Source: Candidatus Latescibacterota bacterium (GTDB lineage Bacteria; Latescibacterota; UBA2968). From it: a DNA stretch of 64,000 bases. How positions within the stretch are numbered: position 1 is the first letter of the stretch; every line of letters begins with the position of its first letter. Below, in pieces: positions 39,962-49,762 of this stretch. A program made the position numbers and the translations under genes. Location of the stretch: contig OZ244960.1 in the NCBI GenBank assembly GCA_965222605.1, positions 736,001 to 800,000 of the forward strand, written 5' to 3'. The notes under the pieces were generated by a model. It was not told where the DNA came from. It did not search any database and saw only the letters and a program-made list of their open reading frames with translations.

Positions 39962-40942
39962 ATGGCAAAAAAGGCATTGATCACCGGCATCACGGGACAA
40001 GATGGCTCTTATCTGGCAGAACTCCTGCTCGATAAGGGTTACGAAGTACACGGCATTGTCAGGCGTGTAGCCCTCGAAGACCCCGCACATCGCCTCGGAC
40101 GCATCACCCACTTGCAGCACAAAGTAGAACTCCATCCCGCATCGCTCGAAAGCTTTCCCAGCATCTACAATGTCGTGCGTATCATCCGCCCCGACGAGTG
40201 TTACCACCTCGCAGCGCAAAGCTTTGTCGATACCTCCTTCAAAGACGCATTTTCAACACTCAATATCAACATCAATGGCACGCACTATGTCCTCGAAGCC
40301 CTCAATGAACTCGTGCCCGAATGTCGGTTCTATTTTGCCGGATCGAGCGAAATGTTTGGCAAAGCCGAAGAAGTACCCCAAACGGAAATTACGCGCTTTC
40401 ATCCGCGCTCGCCCTATGGCATCTCCAAAGTCGCGGGATTTGACCTGACCCGCAACTATCGAGAAGCTTATGGCCTGTACGCCGCCAGCGGCATCTTGTT
40501 CAACCACGAATCCCCTCGCCGGGGATTTGAATTTGTCACCCGCAAAATTACCTCCCACGTCGCGCGCATCAAACTCGGGCAAATCGGCCACCTCTCGCTC
40601 GGCAACCTCGATGCCAAACGCGACTGGGGGCACGCGCGCGAATACGTCAAAGCCATGTGGATGATGCTCCAACAAGACGCACCCGACGACTATGTCATCG
40701 CAACCGGCAAAACCCATTCGGTGCGCGAATTTTGCGAAATCGCCTTCTCACACGTCGGCCTCGACTATCGCGAATACGTGCAAATTGATCCGCGATTCTT
40801 GCGCCCCGCCGAAGTCGATCTGCTCATAGGCGATTGCACCAAAGCCAAAGACAAACTCAACTGGACTTACGACATCGGCTTTGAAGACCTCGTAAAAGAA
40901 ATGGTTGACTCAGACCTCAGCCTGTTCTCAAAAAATTCATAA
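39962..40942 (+). CDS. gmd: GDP-mannose 4,6-dehydratase
   Basis: ALITGITGQDGSYL, PRSPYGISK, LFNHESPRRG, RDWGHA. Confidence 0.96.
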   Translation: MAKKALITGITGQDGSYLAELLLDKGYEVHGIVRRVALEDPAHRLGRITHLQHKVELHPASLESFPSIYNVVRIIRPDECYHLAAQSFVDTSFKDAFSTLNININGTHYVLEALNELVPECRFYFAGSSEMFGKAEEVPQTEITRFHPRSPYGISKVAGFDLTRNYREAYGLYAASGILFNHESPRRGFEFVTRKITSHVARIKLGQIGHLSLGNLDAKRDWGHAREYVKAMWMMLQQDAPDDYVIATGKTHSVREFCEIAFSHVGLDYREYVQIDPRFLRPAEVDLLIGDCTKAKDKLNWTYDIGFEDLVKEMVDSDLSLFSKNS

Positions 40943-40959
40943 CCCAAAAGGAGCTTGAT

Positions 40960-42015
40960 ATGTCTCGCATCGGACGCGCCGCAGTGATGAGCGGCGAAAA
41001 ATTTGAAATACGCGAATATCCCGTTCCCGATCCAGAACCGGGATCGATTTTGCTCAAACAAGAACTCGCCGGCATCTGTGGCACAGACCTGCACAACTGG
41101 GAATATCAGCGGTTGCAGGGCGAGATCATTCTCGGCCACGAAAATGTCGGCATCATCGACAGCCTGGGATCGGGTGTAGAAACCGATTCCCTGGGCAATC
41201 CCATCGCGCCCGGAGATCGGGTTCTCTTCGCGCCCGGCACAAATCGCGGTGCGTACGGTTTTTTGCAAGCCGAAGAAGCTCCTTATTTGCGGGGTGGTTT
41301 TGGTGAATACATCTACCTGTGGAACCCCGATACTCTGGTGCTCAAAACCGATATGCCCGCCGAAGTTGCGGTCATCACCGAGCCTTTTACCATTGGCGTA
41401 CACGGCGCGATGCGTTCGGGCCTGCAATTTGGCGACACCGTTGTCGTACAGGGATCGGGAGCTATTGGCCTGCTCACGCTCGTCGCCGCCAAAGTCAGCG
41501 GCGCAGGGCGGCTCATCATGGTCGGCGGCCCCAAAGGGCGTTTGGAACTGGCCGAACGACTCGGCGCAGATCTCACCATCGACATTGCCGACATATCCGA
41601 TCCCGAAGAACGCACCCAAATCGTGCGCGAAAATACGCCCCGCGGCGAAGGCGCCGACGTCGTCTTTGAATGCGCGGGATTTTTGCCCGCCATTCCCGAA
41701 GGCGTCACATTCCTGCGGCGCAGCGGCACCTATGTCGCCATGGGCCATTTTGTCGATGTGGGATCTTTTGATTGCAATCCCAACCAGATGTTTATGCGCC
41801 GCAACATGCGCCTCGAAGCCGTGTGGGCAAGCGCGCCCGAACACTTTGTGCGCGCGCTCCCCATCCTCGAGCGAAACGAATATCCCTTTGCCGACCTCGT
41901 CAGCCACACCATACCCATTGACCGCGTAGCCGAAGGGTTCAACGCCCTGCACAGCGGGTATCATCTCGACGACAAAGACACGATCAAAATTGCAATAAAA
42001 GGCGGGCTTGTCTAA
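40960..42015 (+). CDS. Zinc-binding medium-chain alcohol dehydrogenase
   Basis: GICGTD, GHE, GSGAIG; lacks the four-Cys structural Zn lobe. Confidence 0.9.
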   Translation: MSRIGRAAVMSGEKFEIREYPVPDPEPGSILLKQELAGICGTDLHNWEYQRLQGEIILGHENVGIIDSLGSGVETDSLGNPIAPGDRVLFAPGTNRGAYGFLQAEEAPYLRGGFGEYIYLWNPDTLVLKTDMPAEVAVITEPFTIGVHGAMRSGLQFGDTVVVQGSGAIGLLTLVAAKVSGAGRLIMVGGPKGRLELAERLGADLTIDIADISDPEERTQIVRENTPRGEGADVVFECAGFLPAIPEGVTFLRRSGTYVAMGHFVDVGSFDCNPNQMFMRRNMRLEAVWASAPEHFVRALPILERNEYPFADLVSHTIPIDRVAEGFNALHSGYHLDDKDTIKIAIKGGLV

Positions 42016-42050
42016 ATTTTCAAAGAAGGCTTTAATGCGGTAATATTGTA

Positions 42051-42080
42051 AGGGGATCGGGCAACCGATCCTCTTTTTTT
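42051..42080 (+). terminator. Intrinsic terminator
   Basis: AGGGGATCGG-gcaa-CCGATCCTCT followed by a T run. Confidence 0.85.
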
Positions 42081-42212
42081 AGCAAATTACTGAGTAAAAG
42101 TCTCCTGTAATTTAGCACCTGAATAGGTTTTTACCCGAGCGATGAGCCTTCTTCGACATCAAGTTCAACACATGCTTTGATTGCCAATGGGGTTGAAATA
42201 GACGTTGAACAG

Positions 42213-42336
42213 GTGTATCCCGGCGTTTACAGTAGTGTATCCCACTGTTTACACTTTATTTATTTTTATATAAATCAATCAGTTATTTGTATTTTTACTT
42301 GAATTAGCAATTACAAGTGTATCCTGTCGTTTACAC
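42213..42336 (+). promoter_or_regulatory. Three TGT-N12-ACA upstream activator boxes plus an IHF consensus site
   Basis: GTGTATCC-N4-GTTTACA at 42213, 42235 and 42317; AATCAATCAGTTA (WATCAANNNNTTR) at 42273-42285. Confidence 0.72.
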
Positions 42337-42446
42337 TTATAACTGATTGTCGCATTTGCAACACAAATAATTATTAAAATTTATCCCTTTGTTTTTCAAG
42401 CACTTGAAGATGGTTCAAGTGCTTTTTTTTTGTACCGAATGATTTT

Positions 42447-42462
42447 TGGCACACATCTTGCA
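42447..42462 (+). promoter_or_regulatory. Sigma54 (-24/-12) promoter
   Basis: TGGCAC-ACATC-TTGCA, exact consensus, about 60 bp upstream of the ATG at 42521. Confidence 0.82.
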
Positions 42463-42520
42463 ATAATAAAGGCTTAAGACAGTGACCGTATTAAAATTTT
42501 CACATTGTAAGGAGAGTAAT

Positions 42521-45500
42521 ATGACGAACATGCAATCCGTATTGTATGCCATAGCCATAAGTGTTATCCTGATCTCTGGACGTGTTGCTGCCCAAACCTC
42601 GCCACCGTCTGCTCCTGCTGCGGTGACAAACCTCGCTGCTGAGGCGGGGGATCAATACGTAACACTGAGTTGGGATAACCCGAACAACGCGAGCATCACG
42701 ACCTATCAGTATCGTCAAAGCGAAGATAGCGGCAGCACCTATTCGCCGGACTGGACAGATATTACCGGCAGTGATGAGAACACAACCAGTCACAGAGTAG
42801 AGAATCTGACAAATGACACTGAATACACCTTCGAGATACGTGCGGTGAATGCGACTGGTAATGGCGCGTCTGTTAGCGTGAGTGCCACGCCGGTCTTGCC
42901 ACCATTGACAGTGACCTGGCCTGAAGATATAAAGGGCACGGAAGACAGTTCCATCTGGACCTCATCAACATCTACTCCCCCTCAGATAACCGTATCCGGA
43001 GGACGACCATCCTATACGTATGAAATAGCCGCAGAGGGAGCACCCACAGGTCTTTCTATTGATCCATTGGGAACCCTCACAGGCACACCTACACAGAATG
43101 GGACTTTCACAACAGTAACAGTAGTTGTGCGGGATGACGCAGGTCAGAGTGTGAGTAATGACCTGAGCGTAACAATTTCTCCACCGCTGAGCATCTCACC
43201 GATAGCGTATAAAACAGTCGAACAGGGCAGCCAGATTACCCCGATCCATTTATCAGCAACCGGCGGTTGGGACCCCTATACATATTCCCTATCCGGCGCA
43301 CCTTCAGGTATCTCTTTATCAAGTGATAATCGCATCACAGGCAGACCTTCACAGGATGGGACTTTCCCAATTACCGTAACCGTGACCGATGATCACGGCA
43401 ATACTGCGGATCACAGTTTCGATATGAGTGTTTATTCGATGGAACTTGCCAAACTATTTTCTCCGATTTTGATTTTGACAGAACATCCAACGCGCAAGGA
43501 CCGCAAAGTGATCTTCCCCGAACCCGTGGAAATAATGGGTGTAACATCTGTTGACAGTCTTTGGTTTCATTTTACTGATGAGGAATCACATATATTACCT
43601 GATCTTGATCTTTCTTATCAAAACTTAAGCACATCTGAGCGTAATGATCTCATTGCTTTTTACCAGAGGCAATATCCTGATATTAATTTTTCCCAAAATA
43701 AGTTCGCCTCTATACCTGAAGTCTTAACTTTCGATACAGAACAGTCAATAAGGGGCACTTCTGTAGGAGGTGTTAGGGCACATTTTGAATATCCTGGCGT
43801 ACGTGAAGACAACGACGAAGGCACCTCTAAAAACTGGTATCACTATTATTTTTCAACTACCCATCCTAAACGTGGGGATCATCCAAATTTTCCCCATACA
43901 GCATACGTGCATATTTTTGATGAAGGAGGTCAAGTCGTAATACGGTATTATTACTTTTATCCCTTTAATGATTGGCAAAATAACCATGAGGGAGATTGGC
44001 CGCACATTAATGTTATCGTAACATCTCATGACCCAAATGTGGCAGAACTCGTTGGAATTGACTACACATTTCATGGGAATGGCCTAACCTATAACAGCAT
44101 TGGTGAAAGGGTTTTTGACCCTCAAAAAGATTTTGCACCGGCTGAAGGCGGAACTCATCCGGTTGTCTATGTAGGAGCAGGTTCCCATGGTGGCTATCCT
44201 ACGGGAGGTAATTATAAGGATCCCGGTGGTCATGCTATTGATTTGGGGCCAATAGAAGCGGGAGGTTGGGATGAAGGTATGACAAAGAGTGGCGTTGTCC
44301 TGAGCACCAGGGTTGAGGACACAAATCCTGATGTCGCACAATCTTATGATTTAATACTTCTGCCCAATCCAGATCCAGGTCAACCCAATAAGGGTTTGAC
44401 ATCAGAGATGAGTTGGTTAGGTAGCGAAGCAAGATGGGGGACACTGGAAGTTCATTCACCGGGAAGTGGGCTCCCATTTGAGAGGGCACAACAACTAAAT
44501 GATTCTCCTGTAGGGCCGTTTCATAAAGATAGCTGGGGCACTTCGGGAGCGAGTGGTTATTCCAAAAGAGAAGTTCCTTATGGAAAATTTCCCAGTCCAG
44601 ATCCCAGATCATCACCAAGAGATGATGAACACAGTAAACGATGGTTTCAACAATTCCCAATTGTGCAAAACGTTACCTGGCGTGATACAATAAAGCTGAT
44701 TGGTGATATTGTGGTCTATCCTGGCGCGACCTTGACGATTGATGCTGGCACAACGATTAAGGCTTACCCCAATCGAGATATTCATAGCATGAAGGATTCA
44801 AATCGCGTCGATATTATCAACCATGGAACGATAATCGCCAATGGAACAAGCTCTCAGCCCATTGTATTTCGTTCCGACAGTTCAACTCCTGCGTCAGGAC
44901 ACTGGTATGGCATCAGGAATCACGGCGATTTGACCATGAGCCATTTTACGATTCAACATTCAGTAGTTGGCCTGGATTTGCAAGGTACGCAGACATTGAC
45001 AGATATGACATTGTCGAACAATACCAGGAATAATACCACCCCCCTGGCGATTGCATCAATAGCAGATGTAACAGCGACTCAAAATGGGGCAATTACAGAT
45101 ATATCGGTAAGTGCATCAGGTGGTTGGGGATCTTATACGTATTCCACATCTGACTTACCTTCAGGTATCGTCTTTGATCAAGAAAGTGCTCTCATCACTG
45201 GCACACCCAAAGCAACTGGCGAATCTGACATTACAGTGACGGTACGAGATGCTGTAAATGACGAGGCATCCACAACGTTTAACTTGTCTGTTTCTGCGGC
45301 TACTCGTCCCCTGAGCATCGCGACAATAGCGGATGTGATAGCCACTCAGGATGAGGCAATTACCCCCATAAAGGTAAAAGCGTCAGGTGGTGGCGGAGCC
45401 TATACGTATTCGATAGCGAGCAACCCTGCCACAGGCTCTGGTCTTTCTATTGATTCGAATGGCCGCATTACTGGCACACCCACAGTGAGTGACGATTTCA

Positions 45501-46045
45501 AGATCACAGTAACCGTGCGAGATGCACCCGGCCGTGCTTTACCCATACAGACAAGTCGTTCTTGTTCCATGCACGTGAGACCGCGCGTGACAGTCTCGAC
45601 AATAAGCAATATAACCGTCAAGATCAGTGGCGTGCAGACGAACAGCCCGATTACCCCTATTCAGGTCTCAGCATCAGGGGGACAAACGTCTTATGCGTAT
45701 TCCCTATCCAGCAACCCTGCCACAGGTTCCGGTCTGTCCATCAATGCAACCAGTGGACAAATCACAGGCACACCAACACAGACAGGTACTTTCTCACTTA
45801 CTGTGACTGTAACCGATGATCACGGCAGGACAGGAACAGGCAGTTTCTCTATGACTGTTCGTCTGATAGCTGACTTTAATGATGATGGTGTGGTCAATGT
45901 AGCAGATCATTTACTTTTTGTGGCCGTGTTTGGTCTATCCGAAGGTGATGATGGTTTTAATGCTGATATGGATCTGGATGGTGATGGAACCATTGGCACG
46001 CCCGATTTTCTAATCTTTGTAAGTCACTTTGGCTCCTCTGCATAG
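42521..46045 (+). CDS. Large secreted protein: FN3, 2 putative Ig (He_PIG), NPP1/Vps62-like core, short beta-helix, 3 Ig, dockerin/EF-hand tail
   Basis: Signal peptide; LSW..P/LTNDTEYTFEIRAVN; repeated SGG..Y.YS..GLSI..G.ITGTPT; YYYFYPFND..NNHEGDW and HPVVYVGAGSH; DFNDDGVV..D and DLDGDGTI..DF; AAGGAG RBS. Confidence 0.85.
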   Translation: MTNMQSVLYAIAISVILISGRVAAQTSPPSAPAAVTNLAAEAGDQYVTLSWDNPNNASITTYQYRQSEDSGSTYSPDWTDITGSDENTTSHRVENLTNDTEYTFEIRAVNATGNGASVSVSATPVLPPLTVTWPEDIKGTEDSSIWTSSTSTPPQITVSGGRPSYTYEIAAEGAPTGLSIDPLGTLTGTPTQNGTFTTVTVVVRDDAGQSVSNDLSVTISPPLSISPIAYKTVEQGSQITPIHLSATGGWDPYTYSLSGAPSGISLSSDNRITGRPSQDGTFPITVTVTDDHGNTADHSFDMSVYSMELAKLFSPILILTEHPTRKDRKVIFPEPVEIMGVTSVDSLWFHFTDEESHILPDLDLSYQNLSTSERNDLIAFYQRQYPDINFSQNKFASIPEVLTFDTEQSIRGTSVGGVRAHFEYPGVREDNDEGTSKNWYHYYFSTTHPKRGDHPNFPHTAYVHIFDEGGQVVIRYYYFYPFNDWQNNHEGDWPHINVIVTSHDPNVAELVGIDYTFHGNGLTYNSIGERVFDPQKDFAPAEGGTHPVVYVGAGSHGGYPTGGNYKDPGGHAIDLGPIEAGGWDEGMTKSGVVLSTRVEDTNPDVAQSYDLILLPNPDPGQPNKGLTSEMSWLGSEARWGTLEVHSPGSGLPFERAQQLNDSPVGPFHKDSWGTSGASGYSKREVPYGKFPSPDPRSSPRDDEHSKRWFQQFPIVQNVTWRDTIKLIGDIVVYPGATLTIDAGTTIKAYPNRDIHSMKDSNRVDIINHGTIIANGTSSQPIVFRSDSSTPASGHWYGIRNHGDLTMSHFTIQHSVVGLDLQGTQTLTDMTLSNNTRNNTTPLAIASIADVTATQNGAITDISVSASGGWGSYTYSTSDLPSGIVFDQESALITGTPKATGESDITVTVRDAVNDEASTTFNLSVSAATRPLSIATIADVIATQDEAITPIKVKASGGGGAYTYSIASNPATGSGLSIDSNGRITGTPTVSDDFKITVTVRDAPGRALPIQTSRSCSMHVRPRVTVSTISNITVKISGVQTNSPITPIQVSASGGQTSYAYSLSSNPATGSGLSINATSGQITGTPTQTGTFSLTVTVTDDHGRTGTGSFSMTVRLIADFNDDGVVNVADHLLFVAVFGLSEGDDGFNADMDLDGDGTIGTPDFLIFVSHFGSSA

Positions 46046-46087
46046 TTTTTTAGTGCAAGAGACAGCTTTTTATCCGGAGGAATCATC

Positions 46088-46849
46088 ATGACACATATAG
46101 CAGCAATTGTTCTAATTTTGGGACTCTGTCTGCCTCAGACTCTGTTGGCAGGCGTGGTCCTTCAAGCTGGTGAGATTGACAGCAGCAAGGTGAAAGTCGG
46201 GGCCTATGCCGAAGTCATCTATGGAACCGGTGAGAAACTATCTACGGCACGCGGCTACATTCAGGCTGTTGATGCTGAGAGTTTGACCATTAGCCAAGGT
46301 TTGGGGAAGCGGATAGCCTTTGAGCGCATACAACAACTGATTCTTGCAGAATCATCTTTCGAAATGGACAGGCTTAAAAAGACAACAGATATACTTTTTG
46401 TGAGAAAAGAGAACAAACCCAGGCGGATTGTTGGCAAGTTGGCAGGTGGTGTCCTGGGAGGGACCCTTATTGGCCTTGCGGTAGGCTCGGCCGCTGAGAA
46501 GGCTGGTGACTGTACGGGAACATTTTGTGGCGTGGGAAATTTTGTAATTGTTGGATGGATTGGCTATCTCGTCGGCGTGCCCGTCGGCATGAGCTTCTTT
46601 GATCCGTACGATCAATTTAAGTATTCATTGGCAGGCAGCCTGATAGGGGGTGCAGCAAGTCTTGTGATATTCACAGATGTAGAGTTAGCAGAAGAAAAAC
46701 TCTGGCCAGCCCTTTTTATCGGCCCCCTTGTCGGGGCTACAATTATGTCCGAGTTTTTTCGAAAACCGCCAGAGAATCGTCGTGTCTCCATCGGTCTGCT
46801 ACCCGGTCCCAAAGTCAGAGTATCCGCTGTTGCCACACTTCGATTTTGA
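46088..46849 (+). CDS. Array family A protein, copy A1 (signal peptide, small beta domain, Gly-rich helices, C-terminal beta hairpin ending in Phe)
   Basis: GGAGG RBS; paralog of 47793, 50876 and 56619; ends VSAVATLRF. Confidence 0.85.
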   Translation: MTHIAAIVLILGLCLPQTLLAGVVLQAGEIDSSKVKVGAYAEVIYGTGEKLSTARGYIQAVDAESLTISQGLGKRIAFERIQQLILAESSFEMDRLKKTTDILFVRKENKPRRIVGKLAGGVLGGTLIGLAVGSAAEKAGDCTGTFCGVGNFVIVGWIGYLVGVPVGMSFFDPYDQFKYSLAGSLIGGAASLVIFTDVELAEEKLWPALFIGPLVGATIMSEFFRKPPENRRVSIGLLPGPKVRVSAVATLRF

Positions 46850-46955
46850 GTAGGTGACAAAAAACCTTCTGGATCGCGGCTTAAAGCATGCCGCGATGAC
46901 ACACGGGACGGCACGGGAACCGTCCCGTGCAACAACGGGCACGCGCAGTCCAACA
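46850..46955. repeat. Composite REP-like palindromic element, copy 1
   Basis: CTGGATCGCGGC..GCCGCGATGAC plus CACGGGACGG..CCGTCCCGTG; repeated at 57420-57530. Confidence 0.8.
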
Positions 46956-47012
46956 AGTCCTCAACCCCTCTTTTTTGTCTGCGTTCACCTGCGTCATCTG
47001 CACCTGCTCAAG

Positions 47013-47749
47013 CCCTGAGTATCGCGACAATAGCGGATGTGATAGCCACTCAGGATGAGGCAATTACCCCCATAAAGGTAAAAGCGTCAGGTGGTGGCGG
47101 AGCCTATACGTATTCGATAGCGAGCAACCCTGCCACAGGCTCTGGTCTTTCTATTGATTCGAATGGCCGCATTACTGGCACACCCACAGTGAGTGACGAT
47201 TTCAAGATCACAGTAACCGTGCGAGATGCACCCGGCCGTGCTTTACCCATACAGACAAGTCGTTCTTGTTCCATGCACGTGAGACCGCGCGTGACAGTCT
47301 CGACAATAAGCAATATAACCGTCAAGATCAGTGGCGTGCAGACGAACAGCCCGATTACCCCTATTCAGGTCTCAGCATCAGGGGGACAAACGTCTTATGC
47401 GTATTCCCTATCCAGCAACCCTGCCACAGGTTCCGGTCTGTCCATCAATGCAACCAGTGGACAAATCACAGGCACACCAACACAGACAGGTACTTTCTCA
47501 CTTACTGTGACTGTAACCGATGATCACGGCAGGACAGGAACAGGCAGTTTCTCTATGACTGTTCGTCTGATAGCTGACTTTAATGATGATGGCGTGGTCG
47601 ATACATCAGATCATTTACTTTTTGTGGCCGCGTTTGGTCTATCCGAAGGTGATGATGGTTTTAATGCTGATATGGATCTGGATGGCGATGGAACCATTGG
47701 TACGCCCGATTTTCTAATCTTTGTAAGTCACTTTGAATCCACTGCATAG
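47013..47749 (+). pseudogene. Start-less cassette 1: near-identical copy of 45309-46045 (2 Ig + dockerin)
   Basis: Offset 1704 bp; differences concentrated in the dockerin part; no RBS or signal peptide. Confidence 0.88.
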
Positions 47750-47792
47750 TTTTTTTGGTGCAGAAGATAGATCTCTATCAGGAGGAATCATC

Positions 47793-48605
47793 ATGACACA
47801 TATAGCAGCAATCGTAATGATTTTGGGATTCTGTCTGCCCCAGGCTCTGATAGCAGGCGTAGTCCTTGAAGCCGGTGAGATTGACAGCAGCAAGGTGAAA
47901 GTCGGTGCCTATGCCGAAGTCATCTATGGAACGGGTGAGCGGGATCAAGTCGCAGGGAAGTGGGAGAAACTGGAGGAGGCACAAGGATATATTAAAGCTG
48001 TTGATCAAGGAAGTTTGACCATTAGCCAGGGTTTGGGGAAGCGGATAGCCTTTGAGCACATACGACAACTGATCCTTGCAGAATCATCTTTCGAAATGGA
48101 CAGACTAAAAAAGACAATAGATACGCTTTTTGTGATAGAGACGACAGAGACGCCTTCTATGAGAATGGAGTACATGCCTGGGCGAATTGTTAGCAAGTTG
48201 GTCGGTGGCGTTCTTTGCGGAGGCCTTTTCGGATTTGTGGGGAGCCTGGTCACCGGGAAGGTGTATTGCAAAAAATCCGACTCTGGAGAGATATGCGGCC
48301 TCCTAGCTTTCGTGGTTGGTGGGACAATTGGCTATACAGTCGGCGTGCCCTTCGGCGTAAGCGTGCTTGATCCGCATGATCAATTCAGGTATTCATTTGC
48401 AGGCAGCCTGATAGGAGGCGCAGCAGGCATTGCCCTGACCCGCGCCGAAGAAGAGCTCTGGCCCTCCCTTCTTATCTGCCCACTTGTCGGAGCTACCATT
48501 CTGTCTGAGCTTACACGCAAACCGCCAGAGAATCGTCGTGTCTCTATTGGTCTGTTTCCCGGTCCCAAAGGCAGATTATCCGCTGTTGCCACACTTCGAT
48601 TTTGA
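47793..48605 (+). CDS. Array family A protein, copy A2
   Basis: AGGAGG RBS; MTHIAAIV start; ends LSAVATLRF. Confidence 0.85.
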   Translation: MTHIAAIVMILGFCLPQALIAGVVLEAGEIDSSKVKVGAYAEVIYGTGERDQVAGKWEKLEEAQGYIKAVDQGSLTISQGLGKRIAFEHIRQLILAESSFEMDRLKKTIDTLFVIETTETPSMRMEYMPGRIVSKLVGGVLCGGLFGFVGSLVTGKVYCKKSDSGEICGLLAFVVGGTIGYTVGVPFGVSVLDPHDQFRYSFAGSLIGGAAGIALTRAEEELWPSLLICPLVGATILSELTRKPPENRRVSIGLFPGPKGRLSAVATLRF

Positions 48606-48618
48606 GGAAGCTGCCAAT

Positions 48619-49685
48619 ACCTGTCTGTTTCTGCGGCTGCCACGGTCATGAGGATCGCATCAATACCGAATGTGATAGCGACTCAAAACGTGGCAATTAC
48701 GTCCATAAAGGTAAAAGCTTCAGGCGGTAGTGGGTCCTACACGTATTGGATAGGGCGCAACCGTCCCCCAGCGAACAACCCTCCTCAAGGTTCTGGCCTT
48801 TCTATCGATTCAAGCAGTGGCCGCATCACTGGCACACCCACAGCGAGTGAAGATTTCACGATCACAGTGGCTGTACGAGATGGGACTGGTAGCCGTTATT
48901 TACCTACACAGGTCAGTCGCTCCTTCATCATGCACGTGAGACCGCGTGTGACTGTCTCGGCAATCGGCAATATCACCGTCACGCAGAGCACCGCTATTAC
49001 TCCTATTCAGGTCTCAGCATCAGGAGGACAAACGTCTTATGCGTATTCTCTGTCCAGCAACCCTGCCGGTTCTGGTCTTTCTATCAATTCGAGCAGTGGC
49101 CAAATCACGGGCACACCAACACAGACAGGTACTTTCACACTGACTGTGACTGTTACCGATGCACACGGCAGGACAGGAACAGGCAGTTTCTCCATGACAG
49201 TAAATGCGCCCACACCCGTTTCGTCACTGACAATCGCAGAGATAAGTGATATAACGATCAAAATAAGTGGTGTGCAGACGAACAGCCCCATTACCCCTAT
49301 TCAGGTTTCAGCATCAGGAGGACAGACGCCATACACGTATTCTATGTCCAGCAATCCCGCTACAGGTTCTGGCCTGTCCATCAATGCGAGCAGTGGAGAG
49401 ATCACAGGTACACCAACACAGAGAGGCTCTTTCACACTGACTGTGACTGTCACCGATAATGCAAGTACGACCGTAACTGATAGCTTCTCAATGGCTGTCA
49501 GTCTGATAGGCGATTTTAATGATGATGGTGTGGTCGATACGTCAGATCATTTACTTCTTGTGGCCGTGTTTGGTCTAACCGAAGGTGCCGATGGTTTTAA
49601 TGCTGAGATGGATCTGAATGGCGATGGAACCATTGATGTTGCCGATTTTCTGATCTTTGTAAGTCACTTTGGTTCCTCTGCATAG
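48619..49685 (+). pseudogene. Start-less cassette 2: divergent 3' end of the large gene (3 Ig + dockerin)
   Basis: Begins abruptly at homology to 45282 (TGTCTGTTTCTGCGGCT); open frame; no signal peptide. Confidence 0.8.
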
Positions 49686-49762
49686 TTTTTTTGGTGTAAG
49701 AAATAACTCATTGACTTTTGAGCGGAATCAATGAGATATATTTGTCTCAAAAGGAGAAACGC

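Noticed and set aside
40867-41964. 365-aa minus-strand ORF
   Set aside because: Antisense shadow of the zinc dehydrogenase gene.
42398-42431. Hairpin plus T-run read as an attenuator of the large gene
   Set aside because: It lies upstream of the sigma54 promoter, so it would not be in that transcript; more likely an insulator or protein-binding inverted repeat.
47013-47749. Pure assembly duplication of 45309-46045
   Set aside because: The copy has several distinct substitutions in the dockerin part and a different downstream gene, so it is not a literal duplicate; long-read confirmation is still advisable.
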